Below, piece after piece: positions 1 to 10,152 of a stretch of DNA of 64,000 bases. The first letter of the stretch is position 1. Each line of letters begins with the position of its first letter. Source of the stretch: Candidatus Poribacteria bacterium (lineage in GTDB: Bacteria; Poribacteria; WGA-4E; PCPOR2b); assembly GCA_965198175.1 (NCBI GenBank), contig OZ240245.1, forward strand, positions 4,480,001 through 4,544,000. The letters are read 5' to 3'. The notes under the pieces were generated by a model. It ran no database searches and was not told the DNA's origin. It saw nothing but the letters and a program-made list of their open reading frames with translations. The position numbers and the translations under genes are program-made.

Positions 1-1024
1 AGGTAATTTCGAGCCAGACCGCCTCTCGATCAATCTTGACGTGGCCATTGGAAAGGCTTGCCGGGATAAAGAATGTTTCACCTCGGCAGAACTCGACCGG
101 CTCTGTGCCGTTGTTAGGGTCAATTTGTCCACTCCCTTCCAGTACCATCCAGACAGCGATTTCATCGTATGCCAGTTCTAGCGATGCGCATCGGGTTGCA
201 TGAACCTTGTCAATGCAGAAGTATTCACACGCAACCAGCCGTGTGGTATCGTGAATTCGACTAGGGCTAGTTAGGTGGGTTTCGTATTGGCAAACGTCGG
301 GTGGGCCGAACTCGATACACTGCATCGCCTGATCGATATGTAGTGCGCGGTCAGTCCGACCCCAATCAAATACTCGGAACGTCGTGTCGCTAGCGGTCTG
401 GATCTCGGCTGATAGCACGCCTGCTCCCACAGCGTGGCAGGTGCCACTAGGCAGGTAGTGGCAGTCGCCGCGCTTCGCCGGCACCTTAATCAGTAATCCT
501 TCAACTGCCGAATCCTTCCCAGATACGATGGCGTCACGAAACTGCTGCGGTGTCACACCTTCACGTATGCCTTTATAGACGACTGCTCCCGGTTCTGCAT
601 CCACGACGTACCATGCTTCAGGTTTCACGGATGTCTCAGGGTGATTGCGGACATAGGCGGAAGTGGGATGCACTTGCACAGACACGTTCTCGCGGATATC
701 AAGATACTTGAACAGAAACGGAAAATTACCCGAGGCATTGAGAGGCAACCGCCCCAGCAGTTTTTGCCCGTACCGTGTGATGAGTTCGTGCAACGAAGTT
801 CCGCGAAATTGTCCGTTGCTTACGATGGAGCGTTCAGCGCCTCCACCACCGCCGGAAGGTGAACTTATGCTGAGGTCGGTCACTTCCCACGATTCACCGA
901 TACGTGTGGTTGCATCACCCGGCAGTTTTCGCCCAAGCTTTTCTAATCCTCTGCCGCCCCAGACTTTCTCCTTGTAGATTGGCTTGAATTTTAACGGGTA
1001 CAACGGTGTGTTAGCCGGCAACAT
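1..1024 (-). CDS. manA: Type I phosphomannose isomerase (mannose-6-phosphate isomerase); 3' end runs off the window
   Basis: Not in the ORF track. Manual minus-strand translation from ATG at 1024 gives MLPANTPLYPLKFKPIYKEKVWGGRGLEKLGRKLPG...IGESWEV, later LSVQVHP, KPEAWYV, HYLPSGTCHA, EIQTASDTTFRVFDW: the cupin PMI motifs. Confidence 0.9.
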   Translation of the reverse strand, partial: MLPANTPLYPLKFKPIYKEKVWGGRGLEKLGRKLPGDATTRIGESWEVTDLSISSPSGGGGGAERSIVSNGQFRGTSLHELITRYGQKLLGRLPLNASGNFPFLFKYLDIRENVSVQVHPTSAYVRNHPETSVKPEAWYVVDAEPGAVVYKGIREGVTPQQFRDAIVSGKDSAVEGLLIKVPAKRGDCHYLPSGTCHAVGAGVLSAEIQTASDTTFRVFDWGRTDRALHIDQAMQCIEFGPPDVCQYETHLTSPSRIHDTTRLVACEYFCIDKVHATRCASLELAYDEIAVWMVLEGSGQIDPNNGTEPVEFCRGETFFIPASLSNGHVKIDREAVWLEIT

Positions 1025-1056
1025 ACCACACTCTCTAATATCTTGTCATTCTGAGC

Positions 1057-1854
<798 letters not shown>

Positions 1855-1887
1855 TCAAAGAAATTCGTGAAGGCTGAATCTTCAGGG

Positions 1888-3117
1888 TTATTTCTGATCG
1901 CCCTTTAGAAAGAACACCAACGCCGCAGTCACTAGTGGCAGCATCGCTAAGCCGTCCAATACCTTCGGCAACCCAAAGTAATCACTGAGCATACCTACTG
2001 GTGTGATTAACAGACCGCCAACGCCCCAAGCAGCGCCCATCATCACACCGGAAGCAATATTTTCGCGTTCAGGAAGCAACTGCTGCCCTAGAACGATATT
2101 GACCGTAATTGAACTGGAAAGGATGAAATTTCCGAAAAAGAGGAGAATCAGAAAGATGCCGCCTGTGCTATGTAGAGAACCATACAAGAACGGAGGTGCA
2201 GCCAACAAAGAAAATAAAAGCAGACCGTACCGATTGATTCGATCCGAAAGCCAGCCACCGATCATGATGCCGATTGATCCTGCGATTAAGAAAAGGGCGA
2301 TGACCGCCGATCGTGCAAGATTTGAATACTGTTGATCGTCAAGGTGCAGCGAAAGGAAGTTTTCCAAACCAATCGCCGTTATTGTTCTCAAAACAGCAAT
2401 GAGATAAAGCACCAGGAAGGTTCGCAGATTTGGATGTATCACTTGCCAAAGATCTTTTCGCTTCTCAGGTAAAGTCGGTGCTCCTATAATCCCCTGCGAT
2501 GATAAATCTGGCGCTGCATAAGGCGTCTTCAGAGTTCTCGGTACGAGTAACGCAATAAGCAGTCCCGGAATCATGCACCACACCAGCCCTTCTAGTCCAT
2601 AGCGATACACCAGCAGGTACATGATGCCTAACGGTCCAGCGGCTCGACCGAAGTTGCCCCCCATCAGAAACAGCGACACCCCAAAACCCCTGTTCTGTTT
2701 GGATAATGCAGCAGCTTGGGCGGTTGCTTGCGGGTGAAATGCCGCGACGCCCGACCCACCGATTGCGACCAACAGCATAAGCACGAAAAAAGATGATGCA
2801 GTCCCCATCAAACTCATACCAGCAGCGGATACTGCAATCCCAAGGGTCAGAAAATGGACTGTTCTCACCCGGTCAGATAACCAACCGAAGAGGAGTTGCC
2901 CGAGGGAGCCAAAATTGCTAAACACGGAGATTAGAACGCCTGCATAGCTATTTCTCGCAGAAGTTTGGGACACTAACTTTTTCAGTAATAGAGGCAATAC
3001 GTGCGGGAGGATGGTTGCGTAGGTATCAACGACCGCATGGACACATGTCAGCAAATAGAGTTGTTTGCGCGGAGAAAGTTTGGATGGCTTTGGCATAACA
3101 TTATAATAGTACGACAA
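1888..3117 (-). CDS. MFS transporter (Fsr-like); true start probably at MPKPSK
   Basis: About 12 hydrophobic helices; HAVVD, GWLSDR twice, AAFHP, GGNFG motifs. Confidence 0.85.
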   Translation of the reverse strand: MSYYYNVMPKPSKLSPRKQLYLLTCVHAVVDTYATILPHVLPLLLKKLVSQTSARNSYAGVLISVFSNFGSLGQLLFGWLSDRVRTVHFLTLGIAVSAAGMSLMGTASSFFVLMLLVAIGGSGVAAFHPQATAQAAALSKQNRGFGVSLFLMGGNFGRAAGPLGIMYLLVYRYGLEGLVWCMIPGLLIALLVPRTLKTPYAAPDLSSQGIIGAPTLPEKRKDLWQVIHPNLRTFLVLYLIAVLRTITAIGLENFLSLHLDDQQYSNLARSAVIALFLIAGSIGIMIGGWLSDRINRYGLLLFSLLAAPPFLYGSLHSTGGIFLILLFFGNFILSSSITVNIVLGQQLLPERENIASGVMMGAAWGVGGLLITPVGMLSDYFGLPKVLDGLAMLPLVTAALVFFLKGDQK

Positions 3118-3263
3118 CGAGGCTTAGCAAAAACGGGCTGGCATTTCGCTTGAGTTCTGCAAATCTCGTTGCGGTGATAAGATGTAATCCTCAAAACTGT
3201 GCTTTCGCGTAAATGGGTTGCACTGCAGAGTCTCCTTCATGCGCTCGACTCGTGTGAAAACAC

Positions 3264-3899
3264 TCAAAACAGAGTTAACTGTTGACGCTGAGGCGCTTCG
3301 TCGGCTTTCTGCTTCGCCTCTATGAGATCTTCAACCAGGTATCGACGGGCGGCGGTGAAATCGTCGCCGTGCAAGCGCAAGATATACGCTGGATGCAGTG
3401 CAGCGATTGCATACGGCGCGTATTGCGTATCCGTGAACCACTGTCCGCGTTCTTGAGTCATTTTGAAATTCCGATGAATCAGTCGGTTCGCAGCGGGTGC
3501 ACCGATACAAACAATCACAGCAGGTTGAACCAAGTTCAACTCCGCATCCAGCCATTTGTGACAGGCTTTAATCTCCTGCATCTGTGGGGGACGGTTCCGA
3601 GTGAAACCGTCTTCAGTAACGCAGGCACGGCATTTGATGACATTCGTGAGCCAAATTTCCTCCCTTACAATTTGAGCGTCTACCAACACTTCATCGAGTA
3701 GCTTCCCCGCCTTTCCGACGAATGGGCGTCCACGTTTATCTTCTTGATCGCCAGGTCCTTCTCCCACCAATACTAGTGTCGCTTCGGAGTCCCCCTCTCC
3801 AAACACCACCTGCGTGCGGGTCTCGGAAAGCGGACAATCAGTGCAAACGACCGCCTTTGATTCGATTTGCTTCATCTGTGGGACATTGGAAGTCTTCAT
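3264..3899 (-). CDS. Uracil-DNA glycosylase, family 4 (Fe-S)
   Basis: CTDCPL, GEGPG, PFVGKAG, NVIKCR and HPAY motifs. Confidence 0.92.
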   Translation of the reverse strand: MKTSNVPQMKQIESKAVVCTDCPLSETRTQVVFGEGDSEATLVLVGEGPGDQEDKRGRPFVGKAGKLLDEVLVDAQIVREEIWLTNVIKCRACVTEDGFTRNRPPQMQEIKACHKWLDAELNLVQPAVIVCIGAPAANRLIHRNFKMTQERGQWFTDTQYAPYAIAALHPAYILRLHGDDFTAARRYLVEDLIEAKQKADEAPQRQQLTLF

Positions 3900-4359
3900 A
3901 AAATTGTTCTCCCTATCTGTGGCTTCGATTGGGAATGTTGTTGATTGTTTTTCTATTTTACCACAGTTTTATGGATATATTCAATAAATCGTCGTAGAGC
4001 AACGGTGGGTTACATTTCGCTTTGTTGCGTCTGCACCCGATCCTTCCTTTTCATCCATGCCTCTTCAAATCAGATTGCTGAAGATCTGTTCCGCAACTGT
4101 TCGCAGAAACAACCCAAGCCTCAGATGCGATCGTACTTCATCTAAGTAAGCTATCATTCTATGGGCTTGCATTTATTTTAAGATGTAGATATAATATCGC
4201 AGACCGATCCAACGTTAACAATCCGAAGGAAAAGGATATGGATTCTACTCAAAATCGGAGTGAGATCGACGCGATTAAAGGATTCAACAATAACAATAAA
4301 AGCTTGGGCATCAGTTCCAATCTGAAACGATAACATACATAGCGAAAAGGAGGGATTCA

Positions 4360-5580
4360 TTGACATATCAAGGAGCATATAGAACATTAAAAAGTTGGCT
4401 CAGGATATTCGAATTATCTTCTAATTTAGTTGTACACTCAATCTTGGTGATGGGAATCTTGCTCCTGCTTGGCGGGTGCGACCAATTCCAACAAGTGCTC
4501 ACGCCGCTAACAGAACCTGACGAAGACGCTTCAATCAAAATCGGCGTTATATTTAGTAGCCCAACCCGCAGCCACACGCTGAACGGTGCAGAATTGGCAG
4601 CACTGCAACTGAACGGAGAGAGTGGTGTGCACGGTCGAGAGATTGCCATTGTCGCTCGCGGTAATATCAGCGATTCCGAACATGCCGCAGCGATAGCAGA
4701 GGAGTTGATTACTCGGGAGGGGGTGTCAGCAATTGTCGGTCCCAACCTCTCGTCTTATGCTGTACCTATCGGTGAGACTGCTCAACGCCACGGGATACCG
4801 ATGGTGACCACTACTGCAACCAACCCAACCGTTACCGCTGCGGGTGATTTTGTGTTTATGGCGGCGTTCACCGACGATTTTCAGGGCAAAGTGATGGCTC
4901 AGTTTGCCATCCAAGATTTGGAGGCAAAGACCGCCGCAGTCCTCACACGCAGAGCCTCTCTCTATTCGGAGGGCTTATCGCAAACCTTTATTGATAACTT
5001 CACGGCTTTTGGGGGCGATGTTCTACATGCACAATTTTATACGAAGGGGGATACCGACTTTACCGCGCAATTGACCGAAATTGCTGAATCGTCACCGGAT
5101 GTCTTTTTTCTGCCGGGGTTCTCAGCCGAAATCCCATTAGTGGTTGAACAAGCGAAAACGCTTGGCATTACGGGAATCCTGATCGGCGGCGACAGTTGGG
5201 ATAACGCACCGTTGATTGCTGACAATGCAGAACTGCTTGAGGGGAGTTTTTTCTCCACCTATTTTTCTGCCAAAGTCGCATCGGGCGATTTGAGTGAAGA
5301 GGGTCATCAATTCATTACCGCCTATACCGCAATCTTCGGCAAACCGCCGGACGGGGGTGCGGCACTCGGATATGATGCGCTCACGCTCGTGGTTCAAGCG
5401 ATGCGGCGTGCAGACGAGTTGACACCAGCGGCGATTCGCGACCAGATTGCGGCGACCGAGAACTATAGCGGGGCAACCTTTATCTTAGCCTATGATGAAA
5501 ATCGACACGCAACCAAGAGTGCGGTCATCAACCGCATCGCCGATGGCGAGGCGCAGTTCCATAAACTGATTAAGCCGTAA
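4360..5580 (+). CDS. LivJ-type ABC substrate-binding lipoprotein
   Basis: AAGGAGG SD before TTG start; LLGGC lipobox; IKIG, DFTAQL, GGDSWD, GYDA motifs of periplasmic binding protein type 1. Confidence 0.85.
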   Translation: MTYQGAYRTLKSWLRIFELSSNLVVHSILVMGILLLLGGCDQFQQVLTPLTEPDEDASIKIGVIFSSPTRSHTLNGAELAALQLNGESGVHGREIAIVARGNISDSEHAAAIAEELITREGVSAIVGPNLSSYAVPIGETAQRHGIPMVTTTATNPTVTAAGDFVFMAAFTDDFQGKVMAQFAIQDLEAKTAAVLTRRASLYSEGLSQTFIDNFTAFGGDVLHAQFYTKGDTDFTAQLTEIAESSPDVFFLPGFSAEIPLVVEQAKTLGITGILIGGDSWDNAPLIADNAELLEGSFFSTYFSAKVASGDLSEEGHQFITAYTAIFGKPPDGGAALGYDALTLVVQAMRRADELTPAAIRDQIAATENYSGATFILAYDENRHATKSAVINRIADGEAQFHKLIKP

Positions 5581-5597
5581 CAAATAGGAGAATTTCA

Positions 5598-6821
5598 ATG
5601 ACAGATCGACGTAGCCGGCTGACTAGATGCAGATTCATCAGTCGGTTTTGGATTCCACTAATTCTAATGAGCACCGTGTTTGGGGCGTGCGAGCAGGTCC
5701 AACAATTGCTTACACCATTGCCCACTGGAGACGAGGAATCTTCCATCAAAATCGGATTTCTGTACACCACACCGAACCGAAACAACAGTCGACACGGTGC
5801 TGAATTGGCAACGTTGCAATTGAACGAGGCGGGTGGTGTGCGGGGCATACCGATACAACTCGTCCCTCGTGGCATACCGACAGAACGCCTCATTAGCGAA
5901 GACATAAACGATACCGAATACGTGGCAGCGCTCGCAGAGGAACTGATTATGGAAGAGAAGGTTTCCGCAATCGCCGGTCCCAACCGCTCGAGCTACGCCG
6001 TGGTCGTTGGGGAAATTGCCCAGACCCACGCGATACCGATGATGGCAACGTCTGCGACCAATCCGTCCGTTACTGCTGCGGGCGACTTTGTGTTTATGGC
6101 GGCTTTCACTGACGACTTCCAGGGTAAGGTGATGGCTCAGTTTGCCATGCAAGATTTAGAGGCAAAGACCGCCGCAGTCCTCACGCACGAGGGGGAAGTC
6201 TATTCGGAAGGCTTATCGCAAACCTTCATTGACAACTTTACCGCTCATGGGGGCGCGATCGTAGCTAATGAATTTTACACGGCAGGAACTACCGATTTCA
6301 CCGCGCAACTGACCGCAATCGCCCAAGCAGTGCCGGACGTCGTCTTTAGTACCGGCTACATCCCTGAAATCCCGCTAGCAATTCGACAAGCAACGGAGGA
6401 GTTCGGGATAACAGCAACCTTCATGGGCGGTGATAGTTGGGACAACGCGGCGTTGATTGCTACAGCCGGAATGGCTGTTGACGGGAGCTTCTTTAGCAGC
6501 GGCTTTTCCGCTGAGGCGGAACCGGGCGATTTGGGTGAAGTTGCCTATCAATTTGTGACCGCCTACACCGCAATGTTTGATGAAGTGCCCGATGGGGGTG
6601 CAGCGGGGGGATATGACGCCCTCAGACTCGTGGTGCTGGCGATGCGTCGTGCGGACGACTTGACACCAACGATGATCCGCGACCAGATTGCGGCGACCGA
6701 GAATTATAGCGGGGCAACGTTCATCTCTGGCTACGATGAGAACCGACACACATCGAAAAGCGTAGTCATTAAACGCATCGTCAATGGCGAAGTACAATTC
6801 CATAAATTGATTGAACCGTAA
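5598..6821 (+). CDS. LivJ-type ABC substrate-binding lipoprotein, tandem paralog
   Basis: FGAC lipobox; long near-identical blocks with the upstream gene (AAGDFVFMAAFTDDFQGKVMAQFA.QDLEAKTAAVLT). Confidence 0.85.
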   Translation: MTDRRSRLTRCRFISRFWIPLILMSTVFGACEQVQQLLTPLPTGDEESSIKIGFLYTTPNRNNSRHGAELATLQLNEAGGVRGIPIQLVPRGIPTERLISEDINDTEYVAALAEELIMEEKVSAIAGPNRSSYAVVVGEIAQTHAIPMMATSATNPSVTAAGDFVFMAAFTDDFQGKVMAQFAMQDLEAKTAAVLTHEGEVYSEGLSQTFIDNFTAHGGAIVANEFYTAGTTDFTAQLTAIAQAVPDVVFSTGYIPEIPLAIRQATEEFGITATFMGGDSWDNAALIATAGMAVDGSFFSSGFSAEAEPGDLGEVAYQFVTAYTAMFDEVPDGGAAGGYDALRLVVLAMRRADDLTPTMIRDQIAATENYSGATFISGYDENRHTSKSVVIKRIVNGEVQFHKLIEP

Positions 6822-6880
6822 GCGCGGAGTGTAAGCTGTCTTGTTCACTTTTTTCATTAACAGAAGGAGGATAAATCGGT

Positions 6881-7717
6881 ATGAGCAACGCAAATGGAGA
6901 GATGACGTATACGATGGGACGCAGCAAGGAGGAGACGGAGCGGTTGATTCAGCAGTCAGGATTGTATGAAGACATAACGCGACGACTTCTCAGGCAGGCA
7001 GGTCTTTTTAACGGGATGAAGGTGCTTGATATTGGCAGCGGCGCTGGGGATGTAGCGTTCGCTGCCGCCGAATTAGTCGGTAGTGAGGGGCAGGTCGTCG
7101 GCGTGGACATGAACGCGGAGATTCTCGAAACTGCCCGAACACGGGCGCAGGAAGCGGGCTTCGCAAACATCCAATTCGTGGAAGGGGACGCCCAAACTCT
7201 GGACTTGCCGAGCAACTTCGACGCCCTGATTGGACGCTTAGTCTTGACGTATCTGGCTGACCCTGTAGACACTTTGAAGCAGCTCGCAACACGTGTGCGT
7301 CCCGGAGGCATCGTCGCTTTTCAGGAGGTTGAGTTCTCGATCTACAAGGCAACTGCTCGCCCGAATACTCCCTTGCTGAACCAGTTAGCCGAGTGGGGAA
7401 TAGAGGTATTTCGGCGTTCAGGTGCGAATGTTGGAATGGGTCTTGACCTATACAGCACTTTTGTTGATGCCGGCTTGCCCGAACCTACTTTACAGTATTC
7501 GGCACCGGTGGGCGGTCCGGCAGCGTGGACGGGTTATCAATTCATAGCGAACGCTTTTCGCAGCCTAGTCCCGCTCCTGGAAGCGTTCGGGATTGCGACT
7601 GCTGAAGCGGTCGGTGTGGAGACGCTTGCCGAGCGGCTTAGGGCGGAGGTTGTTGCGTCGAAACGTCCACTCATCTTGCCGCCGCATGTCACAGCTTGGG
7701 CGCAACTCCCAACGTAA
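6881..7717 (+). CDS. Class I SAM-dependent methyltransferase
   Basis: VLDIGSGAG motif I, VGVD, RVRPGG; AAGGAGG SD. Confidence 0.85.
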   Translation: MSNANGEMTYTMGRSKEETERLIQQSGLYEDITRRLLRQAGLFNGMKVLDIGSGAGDVAFAAAELVGSEGQVVGVDMNAEILETARTRAQEAGFANIQFVEGDAQTLDLPSNFDALIGRLVLTYLADPVDTLKQLATRVRPGGIVAFQEVEFSIYKATARPNTPLLNQLAEWGIEVFRRSGANVGMGLDLYSTFVDAGLPEPTLQYSAPVGGPAAWTGYQFIANAFRSLVPLLEAFGIATAEAVGVETLAERLRAEVVASKRPLILPPHVTAWAQLPT

Positions 7718-7743
7718 AGTTGATTGCGAGTCGTCGGATTTCC

Positions 7744-9837
7744 TCATATCCGGTTCGAGAGAAACAACTCTCCAACCGCCAGAAGAAACACTCCAAGCAT
7801 CAAATACCACCACACGCTCTGGCTTCTTTCGACTTCGCTATGATAGGCTGTGGTCATCTCCGGCGTGACAACTTTCGTCGAAACAGTTTGTTCACCGCCA
7901 GCCAGCATGCTCGTTAACTCCTCCGGATCGCGGGCGGTGAGATCGGATTCAACCGTATCTGGATTGACGACAAGATAACGCGGTTTCCTGCCGGAGATAT
8001 GCACAGAATAGATCCCCGGAGCGTCGGTGGCATCGTAGAAATCGCTGCCGCTCTCGTCGATTTTTGTCCGGGTTTCTTCACCCATTGGGTTGAAAATGGC
8101 GACTTCTGTTCCCGCCGGTTGTTCATCGCCGCTTAGTTCAACGCGATCTCCGATGTGGTGGTTTTCTTGCTCATCCGTCTGTTTGAGTGCGAGGTACTTG
8201 ACGGCTTCGTACAGGAACGGCAGATAAACACCGTGAATCGGCAAGTCTGTCCATTCTCGATCGATTGTCGAGGTAAAGCAAAGCACACGCCCACTCCCAT
8301 AAACTTTCTCGAAAAGCGCCGGACTTCCATCGTCGAAACTTGCAAGCACCGTTGAATTCGCTAATGGCACAGCTTGAATGTACTGGTAGAATCGGCCTTT
8401 CCCAAAGTCGCCGTGATTCTGATCTCTGAACGGACGAAAGATTGGGTGGTTGTAGTCAATTGCCGCGATGATGCGGTATTGATTGTGCTTGAATGCTTCA
8501 CCAACATGTTGCACGAAGTTGCACGGCATCAACGGTTTTTCCCCCGCACCGAGCGTACTCCGATACGCCTCGAAATCAATCTGATCCCCTGCGGTGATAA
8601 TCAGACCACCGCCGCCCTCGACGAACGCTCTCAAGAACCGTGCCTCAGAACCGGTTAATGCTCTCACATTTGCCAAGATAATCACGTCATATTTTGAAAT
8701 CTCGGCAGCATTTGGCACTTGACGGGATTGCGTCAAGGCGATCGGGACAATCTGAACCCTCGGCTTAAGCGCCATCTCCAAGAAGAAGGTTTCATTCTCA
8801 TAAGCGCGTTGACCCGGTTCGCCGTTGACGCAATGTACCCTGATTGACTTCCGGCTTTGCAGACGGAAATAGCGCGAGTTATCAATCATCAGAGGGTCAT
8901 CAGGTAGTGCGGCGTAGCCGGTGTGAATTTTCTCTGCTCTGAAACGGGCTTGGAACAGTGCGTCCATCACATCATTCGGTTCGATGTCAATCCGGATTGT
9001 GTCGATAAGGTTACTATCAATAAACAACTGCACCGGTAGGTCCTCAACTGCTTGAGCACCGAAGTTCTGCACGCGGACAACCACTTGTGCGGGTTTCTGC
9101 TCATTCAGCACTACTTGAGGTGCGTTCAGACCGGTGATTGCCAGATTGGTCGGTTGCTTCACGCCCACATCTACAAATGCAATTTCAACGTCCGGGGACA
9201 GTTTATCGGTGTCAACGAAGTTTTCCCACCCGATTTTCTGCAAATCGCTAACGAAGTAAATCTGCTTCCGGCCGATATGCGTGCCCTGAAGGATTTCATC
9301 CGCTGATTGGATAGCGTCGAGGTAATTGGTGGTGCGATTGGTTTGCCGTGCATTCATCACCTCAGATTTAATCAGCTCATGCTCCGAATTGAGTGGTTTT
9401 ATGACTTCCGCTCTGTGAGCGGTAAATATCAGCGCTGAAGCGTCGTTGGGATGGAGTTGATTGGCAATTTGAATCGCCTCCTTTTGAGCCCGATCAAAGT
9501 TGTCGCCGTAGCCCATGCTGTAGGAGGTGTCGAGAACCACGACCACGTTTCGATTCCCGCCGCTTTCCGCTGTCACCGCGGGGTTGTCTGCGAAAAATGG
9601 GCGGGCAAACGCTATCCCGAGCAGTGCCAAGATTAGGATGCGCATCAGCAGCAGAAGGAGTTGTTTCAACCGATGCCGCTGCACATTGACCTGATGGGAA
9701 ATCTTGATGAAACGGATCGTGCTGAACACAAGCCGCCTTGCCCGTTCCCGGTTGAGGAGGTGGATAACCAAGAGCAGCGACGCGGCAGCCGCACCGGCAG
9801 CAAGGAAAAATGGATTTAAGAACTGGAGTCCAAACAT
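7744..9837 (-). CDS. BatA-like N-terminus + vWA domain membrane protein (with CARDB-like and GATase-like domains)
   Basis: N-terminal FLNP...IHLLNR...F.TIRF...LRILILALL.IAFARP (BatA-type), VVVLDTSYSM MIDAS, SDLQ, C-terminal TM. Confidence 0.8.
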   Translation of the reverse strand: MFGLQFLNPFFLAAGAAAASLLLVIHLLNRERARRLVFSTIRFIKISHQVNVQRHRLKQLLLLLMRILILALLGIAFARPFFADNPAVTAESGGNRNVVVVLDTSYSMGYGDNFDRAQKEAIQIANQLHPNDASALIFTAHRAEVIKPLNSEHELIKSEVMNARQTNRTTNYLDAIQSADEILQGTHIGRKQIYFVSDLQKIGWENFVDTDKLSPDVEIAFVDVGVKQPTNLAITGLNAPQVVLNEQKPAQVVVRVQNFGAQAVEDLPVQLFIDSNLIDTIRIDIEPNDVMDALFQARFRAEKIHTGYAALPDDPLMIDNSRYFRLQSRKSIRVHCVNGEPGQRAYENETFFLEMALKPRVQIVPIALTQSRQVPNAAEISKYDVIILANVRALTGSEARFLRAFVEGGGGLIITAGDQIDFEAYRSTLGAGEKPLMPCNFVQHVGEAFKHNQYRIIAAIDYNHPIFRPFRDQNHGDFGKGRFYQYIQAVPLANSTVLASFDDGSPALFEKVYGSGRVLCFTSTIDREWTDLPIHGVYLPFLYEAVKYLALKQTDEQENHHIGDRVELSGDEQPAGTEVAIFNPMGEETRTKIDESGSDFYDATDAPGIYSVHISGRKPRYLVVNPDTVESDLTARDPEELTSMLAGGEQTVSTKVVTPEMTTAYHSEVERSQSVWWYLMLGVFLLAVGELFLSNRI

Positions 9838-10042
9838 AGGGATGGGAAGTTGTCTGAATCAGGATTTACAGAATTATCAAGATAGCAGGGTAATCGACAA
9901 AGGCACACCGGTGAACAATTGCCTAACCCTGCGCATCAATGATAGGACCTACAAGCGACACTTAATCATTCTCTTTATTGTAATACGCAGCAGCAAGGGT
10001 TTCAACTGCTTATTTTTCTGATCAGAGATGGGCACACCTAAA

Positions 10043-10086
10043 TTTTTTTCTTTGCAGCATAACCTCCAATCCACGCCGTGTGTCTA
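10043..10086 (+). promoter_or_regulatory. Putative ECF-type promoter, copy 1 (T-tract, CATAAC-N18-GTCTA)
   Basis: AAC 10061-63 and GTCTA 10082-86; same motifs and spacing upstream of both paralogs. Confidence 0.7.
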
Positions 10087-10152
10087 GTTATTAGTCGCGC
10101 CCAATATAGTTGCGGTGCTAGTGTTTTTCGTTATTTTGGATTAGGGGCTATT

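Noticed and set aside
641..977. Short plus-strand ORFs here, and the many antisense or nested ORFs in the track
   Set aside because: Shadow frames of well-supported genes (here manA); no motifs or RBS.
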